Below, one piece after another: positions 46,762-56,901 of a stretch of 64,000 nt of DNA. The notes under the pieces were generated by a model, which saw nothing but the letters and a program-made list of their open reading frames with translations, was not told where the DNA came from and made no database searches. The DNA is from Candidatus Heimdallarchaeota archaeon (GTDB lineage Archaea; Asgardarchaeota; Heimdallarchaeia; Heimdallarchaeales; Heimdallarchaeaceae). Location of the stretch: contig JAEOSZ010000055.1 of NCBI GenBank assembly GCA_016840095.1, positions 1 through 64,000 on the forward strand. Direction: 5' to 3'. Numbering within the stretch: position 1 is the first letter of the stretch; the number at the start of each line of letters is the position of its first letter. The translations under genes and the position numbers were made by a program.

Positions 46762-47436
46762 ATGGTGAAATATTTGAAGAAAGTACTAAAACTAAGCTTA
46801 GTTGTTTTAATGATGTCTGCATTTTTGGCTTCCACCATTTCTGCCCAAGATTCAGATCTACTTTATTATTCAGATAAAATGATTAAAAATGGTACTTTTA
46901 CATGGAATGTTACTAGTTCTGTAGATTACTACGAAGATATTCCAGAAGGTGCTAATTTTACTGTCAAACTGAAAGATGATTTATATCCAGGACCCTTATC
47001 TGAAGAAGAATTGCAAAAAGTATACGCTAGTGTCAAAGTTGATGGTAATAAGTACACTGGAGAAGGATTTCCTCTCTTCTGGCATATTGAAAGAAACAAT
47101 GGAACTCACACAATTTCTATCAGAGAAGAGTTTGAAGATAATCCAACCTTGTTTAATGTTACAGATGGAACAGGATCTTGGTTCTATGTTAATTTTACAG
47201 TTGAAGAAGGAGATTATACTCTATTTGTAGAATTTGAAATAGATCCAGCAGATGGAATAACCAAAAAGTACTACGAACATTTCGTTAGTGTTGAAGTAGG
47301 AAATGAAATTGATAGTGAAATAGAATTAGAATTTCTAGGTTATATAGTTGAAACTCCTATTCAATTCAGTTGGATTATAGTAGGTTTGTTATCTATTGGT
47401 GTAATAGCATTCATTCGTAAAAGAAGACAAAAGTAA
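46762..47436 (+). CDS. Secreted surface protein with C-terminal TM plus basic tail
   Basis: Signal peptide ending TISA; C-terminus ETPIQFSWIIVGLLSIGVIAFIRKRRQK. Confidence 0.8.
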   Translation: MVKYLKKVLKLSLVVLMMSAFLASTISAQDSDLLYYSDKMIKNGTFTWNVTSSVDYYEDIPEGANFTVKLKDDLYPGPLSEEELQKVYASVKVDGNKYTGEGFPLFWHIERNNGTHTISIREEFEDNPTLFNVTDGTGSWFYVNFTVEEGDYTLFVEFEIDPADGITKKYYEHFVSVEVGNEIDSEIELEFLGYIVETPIQFSWIIVGLLSIGVIAFIRKRRQK

Positions 47437-47585
47437 ATTAGACTAGGTTCTTCTTTTAACTAGTTTTTTTTCGTTTTTCAAAATATTTATACTTTTAAGA
47501 TTGTAATATATAAAAGAAGGTTTATAACAAACTCCTAAAAATCATAATTGGTGTGACAATGGTCAAGAATGGTGATAACAATTTC

Positions 47586-48503
47586 ATGTCCATAGATGTT
47601 GATACATCAGACAGAAGAATAATGACTGTTTTTTCTGTTAATTGGATTGAGTTAGAAATTTTAAAAATTTTAGATAAATCATTAGAACCTGTCTATAAGG
47701 GAGAAATGATCTCTCTTCTTAGAAATAAGCATGAAAGTATTTCTAACAAACCTGAAAGTTCCTTTTATGCCATATTTGACAAATTAGAGAAGACTGAGAT
47801 GATACTGACTAATTCTATTCCTGGGCAAGGATACAAAACATTTCTTGAGATAACAGAACTTGGACAAATTCAACTTAGAAGAGCATTATTCTGGGGAATT
47901 AGTTCAATATTTGAAGGTATGGCAGGACCATTAATGGGAATGCTCAACGAGGTATGTGTGAAAAACATGGGATGTCTTCGGGAGATGAATTTTGCTGTTG
48001 TAAGTCCTAATAATCCTGAATTTCTAGTACCTGAAATGTGCAATCAGTGTGTACAATCAACAGATGAAGATACACAAAGCAGATTTAACATACTTCTCCC
48101 ATTTGCAAAAGATCTTGTTGTACCATACTATCAAAATATTAAATCAAATCCAGATGATATTCCACTAAAGATGGATTTGTTAGATAGAGTAATGTCTGTT
48201 CTAGCATTAGGATTTCTCAAAGAAAGAGAATCCAAAGAATATTTAAAAGAAGTACACAGAATCCTAAAACCAGGTGGGAAAGCTGCATTTTTTGAATTAA
48301 TAGAATTTGAGAGTTATCTCTGGAATGCTCTTAGAGAACTAACTCATGGATTTCAAATATTCATACCGAAAACAGGTTCTGGAGAATTACTTCAATTCTT
48401 ACCAGATCAATTGAAATCCAAAGTGGCTGATGTTTTTGGAGAAGAGAATGTAAAATTGATATTCTTACATGAAATAGTTTGTGCAGTGGCAGTCAAAAAC
48501 TAG
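47586..48503 (+). CDS. PadR-like wHTH fused to a methyltransferase-like domain
   Basis: ELEILKIL..PVYKGEM...ESSFYAIFDKLEK...LEITELG; C-terminal EVHRILKPGGKAAF. GGTGA SD favours ATG 47586. Confidence 0.75.
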   Translation: MSIDVDTSDRRIMTVFSVNWIELEILKILDKSLEPVYKGEMISLLRNKHESISNKPESSFYAIFDKLEKTEMILTNSIPGQGYKTFLEITELGQIQLRRALFWGISSIFEGMAGPLMGMLNEVCVKNMGCLREMNFAVVSPNNPEFLVPEMCNQCVQSTDEDTQSRFNILLPFAKDLVVPYYQNIKSNPDDIPLKMDLLDRVMSVLALGFLKERESKEYLKEVHRILKPGGKAAFFELIEFESYLWNALRELTHGFQIFIPKTGSGELLQFLPDQLKSKVADVFGEENVKLIFLHEIVCAVAVKN

Positions 48504-48590
48504 TCTTTCTATTTTTAATACTTTTTGAGAATTAAGGTAAAAAGATATAAATAGCTCAGCCAAATTTAGTTAGATAACTGTGTGATTGTA

Positions 48591-48953
48591 ATGAGTACTG
48601 TTCGCGATGAAAGATATGTTGATTTGAAACAATTATGTGATAAGATAGCACCAGAAATGTTTGATACTTTATCCTGGATATTAATTATGAATCTTGACTT
48701 AATCCCACAAGAAGATATTGAGATAAATCCCAATTTACGTTTTTCTTATTTGTTGATGAATAATAAGTATGATGAAGCAACTACATTGGGGAAGGAACTC
48801 GCTGCTTCAAATAACCCAATTTCAAAACATTACAAACAGATGTTTGAACAAGATCCTAAGTTAGAAAAGACAATAAAAGTAGCTGAAAACTTTTTTGCTT
48901 TAGCTAAACGTAGAATAGAAGTTACGGAGAAGTTAGGTATTCGTCAATTCTAA
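48591..48953 (+). CDS. Hypothetical protein
   Basis: Clean ORF with an upstream TATA-like element and a downstream T-tract. Confidence 0.7.
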   Translation: MSTVRDERYVDLKQLCDKIAPEMFDTLSWILIMNLDLIPQEDIEINPNLRFSYLLMNNKYDEATTLGKELAASNNPISKHYKQMFEQDPKLEKTIKVAENFFALAKRRIEVTEKLGIRQF

Positions 48954-49029
48954 GAAACTGACAATAATTCTCTTTTTCAATTTTTCTTGAACATTAGCTT
49001 TATTAAGATTTAGACCATTTTTAATCAGC

Positions 49030-50259
49030 ATGTCAAAGACCCGTTCCACATTTTCAATCTTTGCTGGATTTACTCTATCAGTAGTGGGTGGAATGGTTTT
49101 TGACTTTGGTGGATTAGTTGCAGGAAGTGCTGCAACACTTTTACAATCTCTTTCTTCAGTTATTCCATGGATCTTTCTAATTTATCCTTTACTTCTGACT
49201 GTTAGAGGAGATATTAATGGAGTTCTTACAGGAAAACTTGGAACTGCTCTTCATCTGGGAACTATCAAACCAACTTTCAAGAATAATACTGAGAGGTTCA
49301 TTCATTTGATTGTCCTTATGCTGATATTAACATTATATGATTCCATCCTTATTAGTATCGTTACGTCACTTCTTGGTTTCCTTCTAAAACTTAATTTGAC
49401 CTTTCTTGATGTACTTAAGATATTCTCGATTACTTTTACAACTTTTGTATTTACAGCTGTTATTTCAATGGCTATTACTTTCTTTCTAACTTTCTTAATT
49501 TTCAGAAATAAAGGCGATCCAGATGTCTTAGCTTATCCAGTTACTTCTTCAATAAATGATATTCTAATTACACTTATCTTTGCAGCTGTATGTTGGCTAT
49601 ATCGACCATGGAATTCAACTGTAAAACTGCACTATTTCATTGGAATTCCGATTATTGTTATTGTCATTGCTTTGTTCATATTCTTATTGGTGAAATATGG
49701 AAAGAATAAATATGTTAAATCAGGAATTTTTCAGACACTACCGGTACTTACAGTAACAAATTTAATTGCAGCTGGAACAGGATCTGTTCTAGCTTTATTT
49801 TCTACTATTCTTTCGTCAGTACCAATACTAATAGTGTTCTATCCTGCTATAATAAGTACTGTTGGAAGTCAGAGTTCAATTTTAGCTAATACTAGCACAA
49901 CTAAACTACATCTTGGTACTATGAAACCATCATTAAGTTCACTAAAAACGCAAGAATTCTCTATTAGTTTATCTGGAATTTTAACTGCTTCTCTAATCAT
50001 CGTAACTATTATGAGTTTACTTGGAATAGCTATGTTTCCTGAAGGAATTACTTTCAGCCTTTATGGCTCAATATTAGGTTTATTGATTTTTGCTAATTTC
50101 TTCTCTTTTTTCATAGTTGGTTTAATTGCTATTTCTGCAACTTTCATTACTTTTAGATTAGGAATGGATCCTGATAATCTAGTTAATCCTTTGCTAAGTT
50201 CAAGTGCTGATTTGATAACTACTAGTATTTTAGTTCTATTCTTCTTTCTACTTTTCTAA
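49030..50259 (+). CDS. MgtE-family (COG1824/SLC41-like, two-repeat) magnesium transporter
   Basis: P.LLTVRGDING...GTALHLG / GDPDVLAYPVTSSIND, repeated as PAIISTVGSQS...TKLHLG / GMDPDNLVNPLLSSSAD. Confidence 0.88.
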   Translation: MSKTRSTFSIFAGFTLSVVGGMVFDFGGLVAGSAATLLQSLSSVIPWIFLIYPLLLTVRGDINGVLTGKLGTALHLGTIKPTFKNNTERFIHLIVLMLILTLYDSILISIVTSLLGFLLKLNLTFLDVLKIFSITFTTFVFTAVISMAITFFLTFLIFRNKGDPDVLAYPVTSSINDILITLIFAAVCWLYRPWNSTVKLHYFIGIPIIVIVIALFIFLLVKYGKNKYVKSGIFQTLPVLTVTNLIAAGTGSVLALFSTILSSVPILIVFYPAIISTVGSQSSILANTSTTKLHLGTMKPSLSSLKTQEFSISLSGILTASLIIVTIMSLLGIAMFPEGITFSLYGSILGLLIFANFFSFFIVGLIAISATFITFRLGMDPDNLVNPLLSSSADLITTSILVLFFFLLF

Positions 50260-50273
50260 AAATAGGGGCGAAT

Positions 50274-50594
50274 TCACTCTTCAATTTCTTTGTTAATCCA
50301 TTTACCATATTCATTGAGAAAGTCATCATTCTTAATTGAAGTAATCTGTGGCAGCTCATAGGAATGAATTTCCGCTAATCTATCTTTGATTTTCTCAAAT
50401 TTGTCTTTTGTTGCTTTTATGATAACTAAAAATTCATTTGCTTCTTCTACTTGTCCTTTCCAAGTATAGACACTTTGTATTGGATAAAATTGAATACAAA
50501 CAGAAAGTTTCTCTGTAATCATAGTTTTAGCTATTGATTTTGCTTCTTCTTCATTTAAAACAGTGGTTTGAATCTGTATCAAACTGTCTTTCAT
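50274..50594 (-). CDS. cutA: Divalent-cation tolerance protein CutA
   Basis: EEEAKSIA, LSVCIQ, SVYTWKG.VEEANE, HSYELPQI. Confidence 0.93.
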   Translation of the reverse strand: MKDSLIQIQTTVLNEEEAKSIAKTMITEKLSVCIQFYPIQSVYTWKGQVEEANEFLVIIKATKDKFEKIKDRLAEIHSYELPQITSIKNDDFLNEYGKWINKEIEE

Positions 50595-50650
50595 GCAGAT
50601 ACGATTCTTCAAACACTTTTTAATGATTCTCCTCTAAAAAATTAGAGCTT

Positions 50651-51463
50651 TTACTTCGTTTTTGAAATAAATTGGCTTTTGCTCTCTTTATTCACTAGAA
50701 TAGAGCCTTCTACTAATTCGGAAATAAGACTAACTTCTTCATTAGAGAGTTTTAGACTTGTCATATTATTAAGTAGGAAAAATATTTTGCTAACTTGTTC
50801 TGGAAAGTGGTCAAAGAAATAAACTACTGTAGTATAATCAAGAAAATTGCTCAATATGCTAAGTGTTTGTTGTACTTCTTTTTGAATAACATCTATTTGT
50901 GGTTTTAAGATAGTGTAAAATTCGTGAATAAGAAAACTAATGAAATTGTAATAGTCCTTACCATAAGGAAATCTTTTTTCTATCATTGATTTACAGAAGT
51001 AAAGATAAGAATTAATATAAAACTCGATCTTCAGTAAGATTGTAATCCTATTATCATATCTTGGAGAGTGTTGAGGAAGGTTTGCAGAAAAACTATTTAT
51101 GAATTTCAAGACTTCTTCCAAATCTGCTTGAGAATAGAGAGACACATTATCTTGTGTGAAATTTGGAAAGAGGAATTGAGGTATTCTAGCCAGCGTAAAA
51201 AGGATATTTCTTTCATCAGTTCTACTATTATCTGTCATATATTTTGCAGTAATTGTTAATGTTAAGAGTCTCTCTATTGGATCTGGAAGTTTCTTTTTTA
51301 TGTTTTTCTGGTTTCTAGATGTTGGGGAATCTATGATAATTGAGTCATATTTTCCTTCTTCGATTTCATCTTCTGTTTCTTTACTTAGAAGATTAAGGAA
51401 CTCGTGCATTGGAGCATATGTTTGTACTCTGTCGTTTGGATTAAATCTTTTCATACTCCTCAC
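50651..51463 (-). CDS. Hypothetical helical protein
   Basis: 270 aa ORF abutting the upstream gene (probable operon). Confidence 0.65.
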   Translation of the reverse strand: MRSMKRFNPNDRVQTYAPMHEFLNLLSKETEDEIEEGKYDSIIIDSPTSRNQKNIKKKLPDPIERLLTLTITAKYMTDNSRTDERNILFTLARIPQFLFPNFTQDNVSLYSQADLEEVLKFINSFSANLPQHSPRYDNRITILLKIEFYINSYLYFCKSMIEKRFPYGKDYYNFISFLIHEFYTILKPQIDVIQKEVQQTLSILSNFLDYTTVVYFFDHFPEQVSKIFFLLNNMTSLKLSNEEVSLISELVEGSILVNKESKSQFISKTK

Positions 51464-52777
51464 TTATCTAAATTGTTTTACTAATTCAAGAAACTGACCA
51501 ATCATCTCAGAGTAATGAAGTTCTCCCTTATCTAGCATCCATTGATAGATATCACTGATCTCATTTATTGAGCTCTTCAAATCAGTACCAACACCAATTG
51601 ATGATATCTTGTAAGATAGTTGAAAAAAAGAAGCCATTTTTGCTCTAACTTCATCATCGTATTTTTCAAAGATATCTTTGATTCTTTCAATTTCTATTGG
51701 AATATCTAACTTATCAAGTTTTGAAGAATCTTTTCCTCTTGGTCCACCAAGATACCCAGTTAAACCTAATAATCTTGCTGAGTGGAACTGTAGTAGAGCA
51801 GGTAAGTAAATAAATATCGTGACTGCTTCTTCATATTCTAATTTTTGATTTACAAAGTATTGTTTTGCTTGTTCAAAAGATTCGTAAGATTCAGTTGGTT
51901 TACCTGTGGATTGATAAAGACCAGCCATTAATCTTCTGATTTTTGCTGTTAATTCTAGGTGTTCAATACTTTCAGCTGTTAATATTAGTCTTTCTCCTTT
52001 TTCAACAGCTTCTTCTGGAGTGATTCTCTCTGATCGAAGTTCTAACTCCACACGTTGAGTGTTAAAGATTAACGGATGGAAATCATCGGGTTGATACCTT
52101 TCTAGATATTCATCCATCAAATCAATAGTTTCTTCTGGTTCAGAAACAAATTGAGAAAGGATAATTTTCTTCTCAAATGCTGATCTTTCAAAAGGAGAAT
52201 CTTTGAAGTATTTGAAAGCTTCATCTACACTAGAATAAGCTTTAAGGACATCTCCTTCTTCTGCATCTATTTGAGCTTCTAAAACTTGGAGTTCATAGAA
52301 ATAAGGTTCATTTCCTTTATCCTTTGCTTTCTTCATTAAGAAATGAACAATCTCTCTTGCATCTTCTAATTGGTGATAAACGATTTTGAGTTGAGCTTTA
52401 GTTTGCCAGTATCTAAAAAAGATCATAGGAGTCTCTTCTGAAATTTGGTCTTCTTCTAGTTCTTCTAACCATTTCTTACCTTGATCATAGTCTCCATAAG
52501 CAAACAAAGTTGCCGTTAATTCTAAAATAACTAGATAGTACTCCTCAACTAGAATTCTCTCTTTTGTTTGTTCTGCTAATTCTTCCAGAATATCAATGGA
52601 TTCTGCTTTTGATCCCAAAAGAGCACAACATCTAGCAATCTTGATTTCTATATCTCTCAGTTCGTCTTCCTTCCCTGATAGAAATAATACTTCTCGAGCC
52701 TTGAGGTACCATCGATAGGCTTCGAGAAACTTAAATTGTGTAAAAAACTCATCGCCTTTCTCTCTCTCAGTGCTCAT
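51464..52777 (-). CDS. TPR-like alpha-solenoid protein
   Basis: Helical-repeat pattern (KGDEFF..FKFLEAYRWYLKA; MAGLYQSTGKPTESYESFEQA). Confidence 0.75.
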   Translation of the reverse strand: MSTEREKGDEFFTQFKFLEAYRWYLKAREVLFLSGKEDELRDIEIKIARCCALLGSKAESIDILEELAEQTKERILVEEYYLVILELTATLFAYGDYDQGKKWLEELEEDQISEETPMIFFRYWQTKAQLKIVYHQLEDAREIVHFLMKKAKDKGNEPYFYELQVLEAQIDAEEGDVLKAYSSVDEAFKYFKDSPFERSAFEKKIILSQFVSEPEETIDLMDEYLERYQPDDFHPLIFNTQRVELELRSERITPEEAVEKGERLILTAESIEHLELTAKIRRLMAGLYQSTGKPTESYESFEQAKQYFVNQKLEYEEAVTIFIYLPALLQFHSARLLGLTGYLGGPRGKDSSKLDKLDIPIEIERIKDIFEKYDDEVRAKMASFFQLSYKISSIGVGTDLKSSINEISDIYQWMLDKGELHYSEMIGQFLELVKQFR

Positions 52778-52897
52778 TAAACAAACCCAAGTTATTAATA
52801 TAGAAAATAATATTTAAACATTTAAAAACATGCTTTTATCTCTATTTTTGTGGTTCTTCGAATAAAATATATAGTGTGAGTATTATTCATACTAACG

Positions 52898-53716
52898 ATG
52901 AGTGAATATTCTGAATATATGAAACAAGCTAGAAAGGAAGTTGAGCTCTGCTTAGAAACCTGGAAAGAGATTTTTGAAGAACATTATTCAGAAACAATAG
53001 AATATGCCTATAGTAAAGGTTCTGCTACAAAGAAATGGGAAAGCTTTATTGATTATGTTCCAATTTTAAGCGATGTTGATATTCACATAAAGGTTAAAGA
53101 TCACTCGAATTTTTTTGATGATGAAACTTCATTTTTTGAATCAGTAAACATCTCTGAAATGTACGAAACAAGGTTTACAGAAAAAAATCCTCAATATTTT
53201 CACATTCCTCGAACTCAAGTTATTAAACTGAATAAGATAATCAAGGAAATTAACTTCGTTCATCCAAGAGAAACTGAGATAATTTCTATAATTGGGAAAC
53301 CAATTTTAGAGACTAATCCTTCCAATGAAATTATAAAAAAACATGACCTAGAAAATTTGTTGGAATTAGGAGAATATCTACCTAAATTATCCATGTCTAT
53401 GATGGATAGAACAGGATTAGATCTCTGGTCAATGTTAAGAAGAATGACTTGGAGAGTATCTCCTTCACCTATAAGATTGCTAAGTCAGAAAAATGAAGAA
53501 CCTCTGGATTTATGGGGATTGAACAGAACAGAAATTGCAGAAGAACTAGAAGATAATGATTATTATCTCATTGCTGAAAGCTACAAAGATTACTATTATG
53601 AAGGTTGGATTGCATTCATGGAAGATTTTACAAATTCGCAAACACTTAGAAGATTAATTTCTGCAGGTTTTGAAGTGATGAAATTGTGTTTAGAGGAAGC
53701 CAGAAGATTAGTTTGA
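52898..53716 (+). CDS. Pol-beta-like nucleotidyltransferase-fold protein
   Basis: YSKGSA...LSDVDIHI matches the hGS...DhD motif; helical C-terminal domain. Confidence 0.65.
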   Translation: MSEYSEYMKQARKEVELCLETWKEIFEEHYSETIEYAYSKGSATKKWESFIDYVPILSDVDIHIKVKDHSNFFDDETSFFESVNISEMYETRFTEKNPQYFHIPRTQVIKLNKIIKEINFVHPRETEIISIIGKPILETNPSNEIIKKHDLENLLELGEYLPKLSMSMMDRTGLDLWSMLRRMTWRVSPSPIRLLSQKNEEPLDLWGLNRTEIAEELEDNDYYLIAESYKDYYYEGWIAFMEDFTNSQTLRRLISAGFEVMKLCLEEARRLV

Positions 53717-53717
53717 A

Positions 53718-54269
53718 TTACTTCTCTTCTTTCTTCAGAGGTTCTATTTGTAGAAACTCGATAATGTCTAGTATCTCTCTAAATTCTTCAGTTTCAAAAA
53801 CATCACCATGTTTCTTCTTATTATATCCAAAGATCATTTGAGCTTCATCCAACTCTTCAAAATAGAATCTTAGATGCTTATACTTCTCTTCAGCATCTGT
53901 GATTAGAATTCCTTTAACCTTTTTTCTCTTAAAACCCTTCTGGATTTTGAACTCGTTATTATTTTCTGCTAAGATGTTTTTTAACCAATGAGCTTTTTTT
54001 CCTCGTGCAATATAGAAGGTCAATTTATCCGTATAAAACCAAAGTGCTAACACTGGTGTAGTTCTCCTTTTTCCAGTTTTTCTTCCAACTGTGTGTACTA
54101 GAACAATTTTTCTACCCAAACCAAATAGTGGTAATAAATAAATTCTATAAAGAAAAATAAGAACTCCATTCATGATTTTGTTGAATATATGAAAAGATTT
54201 GGTCCTGTTTTTATGCCTTGCAACAATGGAACTTTGACCTAATTTAAATTTCTCCGACAACATTCTCAA
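53718..54269 (-). CDS. Deazaflavin (F420)-dependent nitroreductase family (Ddn-like)
   Basis: LVHTVGRKTGKRRTTPV, AHWLKNILA. Confidence 0.85.
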   Translation of the reverse strand: MRMLSEKFKLGQSSIVARHKNRTKSFHIFNKIMNGVLIFLYRIYLLPLFGLGRKIVLVHTVGRKTGKRRTTPVLALWFYTDKLTFYIARGKKAHWLKNILAENNNEFKIQKGFKRKKVKGILITDAEEKYKHLRFYFEELDEAQMIFGYNKKKHGDVFETEEFREILDIIEFLQIEPLKKEEK

Positions 54270-54270
54270 C

Positions 54271-54924
54271 TCATTTAATTATTCTCTTTATGATGTCTTG
54301 TGAATTTTTCACGAATATGTCTTCAAACATGCTTCTAGGTATTCCAGAACCTAAAGCAGTTTTTTCTCTCAAGTTCTCACTTATGTAATCTCTTGGTTGG
54401 TGAGAGTCTGTATTAAGAATTAATTTAGCTCCTGTTTTCATTGCTAAATCAGCTACAAGTCCATTTCCAAGTGAGTGCCCTCCTCTTGTTGTTATCTCAA
54501 GGAATACTTCATTGTCTTTTGCTAATTGAGCATCCTTGAAAGTTATAATTCCTGGATGAGCTAATATATCCACATCTGGACACTTTAAAGCTGTTTTATT
54601 GGTCCCCTCAATAACTGGTTCAACTACAGTTTCACCATGAACAACAACTAGAAAATTTCTTTGCTTTGCTTTTCTTGCCAATTCTGGAATCTGCTTTGGA
54701 AGAACATGAGTTATCTCTACCCCAGGAAGGAAAGTGATGTATTCCTCAAAATCATATCTGATTTTGTCTAGGCTATTTAGAACATGATCAATATTAGAAG
54801 AATCAACATGATCTGTTATGGCAACTGCATCTAAACCTCTCACAATTACTCTTCTAAGGTGTTCAGCGGGAGTCAGAACTCCATCAGAAAGAAGAGTATG
54901 AGTGTGAAAATCAGTTAATTTCAT
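54271..54924 (-). CDS. PHP-domain phosphoesterase (histidinol phosphatase-like)
   Basis: DFHTHT.LSDG, AITDH, GVEITH, ILAHPG, NTDSH. Confidence 0.93.
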   Translation of the reverse strand: MKLTDFHTHTLLSDGVLTPAEHLRRVIVRGLDAVAITDHVDSSNIDHVLNSLDKIRYDFEEYITFLPGVEITHVLPKQIPELARKAKQRNFLVVVHGETVVEPVIEGTNKTALKCPDVDILAHPGIITFKDAQLAKDNEVFLEITTRGGHSLGNGLVADLAMKTGAKLILNTDSHQPRDYISENLREKTALGSGIPRSMFEDIFVKNSQDIIKRIIK

Positions 54925-54979
54925 AGCTGATTAATTTCATGTTAATATTTGAAATTTGTGTTGAAAAAAGAAAAAAAAA

Positions 54980-56764
54980 TTAAGAGAGTAACTCTTCAAG
55001 CTCATTAACTTTGGTACTCAAATAGTTAATACCCTTATTCCAGAAATTTGGATCATCTAAATCTATACCAACTTCTCCAAGCATCTCTGCTGGAGTCTTA
55101 GAAGTACCTACTGAAAGGATTTTTGTAAGCTTTGGAACAAACTCCTGTCCTTCTTCTAAGTACATCTGGTAGAGAGCTATAACAAGTAAATTTGACAAAT
55201 TATATGCATAAACGTAGAAAGGCACATGGATGAAATGACTCACAACGCTCCAATAACTGGCATAATCTTCCTTGATATCGGTCATTGAATTCCCAAACAT
55301 CTTTTGCATTTCTTCAACGAAAGTTTCCTTATAATCATTTGCAGTAGGTAGTTTCTCCTTCATCAGTTCATGAATTCTGGATTCAAAATGATAGAAAGCA
55401 TTTTGTCTATGAGAGGTCGAAAAATTACCTTCAATATGATTTGCTAATAGTGAAATTCTGTCTTCTTTAGAAAGATCTTGTTTCATCAAATAATCAAAAG
55501 TAATCATTTCATTAAAAACTGAAGCAATCTCTGCTACAGCTAAAGATGAGTCAATGTTTGTGAATGTTTGATTTTGTTGTATGTAATAGTGGTGTATGGC
55601 ATGACCTAGTTCATGAGCTAAAGTTAGTACAGATTCAATGTCATTGGTATAATTGACAAATACAAAAGGATACATCTTTTGCTTTCCATAACTGCAGAAG
55701 GCTCCACCTTGCTTACCTTTTCTAGGTGTAACATCAATATGTTTTCTTTTATACATTTCATCTACGATATCAGCAAACTCAGGATTAAACTTACCATTGG
55801 CTATTTTGACTAATTCAATACCTTCTTTGTAAGTATATTTCTTTTCTACTTCACCGAATGGAGCATAAAGATCAGACATTCTTAATTTTTCTAAACCTAA
55901 TATCTTCTTCTTCAGATTGTAGTATTTCTCAACAATATAGTTGCTTTCTGAAGTAACCTTTCCTAGTGTTTCTACTGATTTGTCACTTACTTCATTTTCA
56001 ACATTTCTCAAAGAAATAGGTTTGTTATAATTTCTTCTTTTATTTTCAAGTCCCCAATCTTTCATAACATTATTGTAAATATGAGTAAAGACTAATTCAT
56101 TGTTCTCAAATTCAGAAACTAGGGTTTTGAGTGCTCTGTATCTAACTTCTGGGTCTTTGTTATACATGAAAGCAAATAGCTCAGAACCAGTATATTGTTT
56201 AACTTCTCCTTCAAATTCGAAGTCATAGATGAAACCACTCTCTATCTCATTGTATAATTTGATAAAACCACTTTTTCCAGAGATGTTCTTCATCAAGATG
56301 ATTTGTTCTTCTTTCTCTGATAACTGATGAGGTTTTTGTTTTCTATTGTATTCCAAATCATGTTTATAGTTAACTAATTCAGGAGATGCTAACAAATCAA
56401 TGAATTTTTCATCAGTAATTTCGTTGAGTTCTAGATAGAAAAATAGCGTTTCTTCATTTATTTTTGAACCAAATTCCTGCACTTGAGAGTACAGATTCTT
56501 TACCTCATCTTTAAGAGATTTAGTTGAATATTGTAAAGAAGAAAACAGGTAAATATAGAATTTCTTTTCATGAATCTCTTCAAACAGCTTATACCATTCT
56601 GCTAACTGTTGAGGTTTGAGATTAGGATTAGTTAAATTTCCTTTAACAGTTTTACTGAAATTTTCTGCAAGTTTTTCAATTTCTTTTTTATCTGCATCGA
56701 TTTTAGAATCATTAATATCTGAGTACAAATCAGATAAATCCCAAGCCAGTATTTCTTCTGTCAT
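54980..56764 (-). CDS. pepF: Oligoendopeptidase F (M3B)
   Basis: WDLSDLY, GKQGGAFC, TLAHELGHAIH, AEIASVFNE, HFIHVPFYVYAY. Confidence 0.95.
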   Translation of the reverse strand: MTEEILAWDLSDLYSDINDSKIDADKKEIEKLAENFSKTVKGNLTNPNLKPQQLAEWYKLFEEIHEKKFYIYLFSSLQYSTKSLKDEVKNLYSQVQEFGSKINEETLFFYLELNEITDEKFIDLLASPELVNYKHDLEYNRKQKPHQLSEKEEQIILMKNISGKSGFIKLYNEIESGFIYDFEFEGEVKQYTGSELFAFMYNKDPEVRYRALKTLVSEFENNELVFTHIYNNVMKDWGLENKRRNYNKPISLRNVENEVSDKSVETLGKVTSESNYIVEKYYNLKKKILGLEKLRMSDLYAPFGEVEKKYTYKEGIELVKIANGKFNPEFADIVDEMYKRKHIDVTPRKGKQGGAFCSYGKQKMYPFVFVNYTNDIESVLTLAHELGHAIHHYYIQQNQTFTNIDSSLAVAEIASVFNEMITFDYLMKQDLSKEDRISLLANHIEGNFSTSHRQNAFYHFESRIHELMKEKLPTANDYKETFVEEMQKMFGNSMTDIKEDYASYWSVVSHFIHVPFYVYAYNLSNLLVIALYQMYLEEGQEFVPKLTKILSVGTSKTPAEMLGEVGIDLDDPNFWNKGINYLSTKVNELEELLS

Positions 56765-56901
56765 AAATTGCTTGAAATTTTAGTGTTTAAGAATTTTTGT
56801 AATTTGAAGAAATAATAACAACTCCTAGTTTTCAAAGAATAGAGCAATTTAATATAATTTGAATGAACAAAAATAGAAAAAAAAGAGATTTGACAGATGC
56901 A

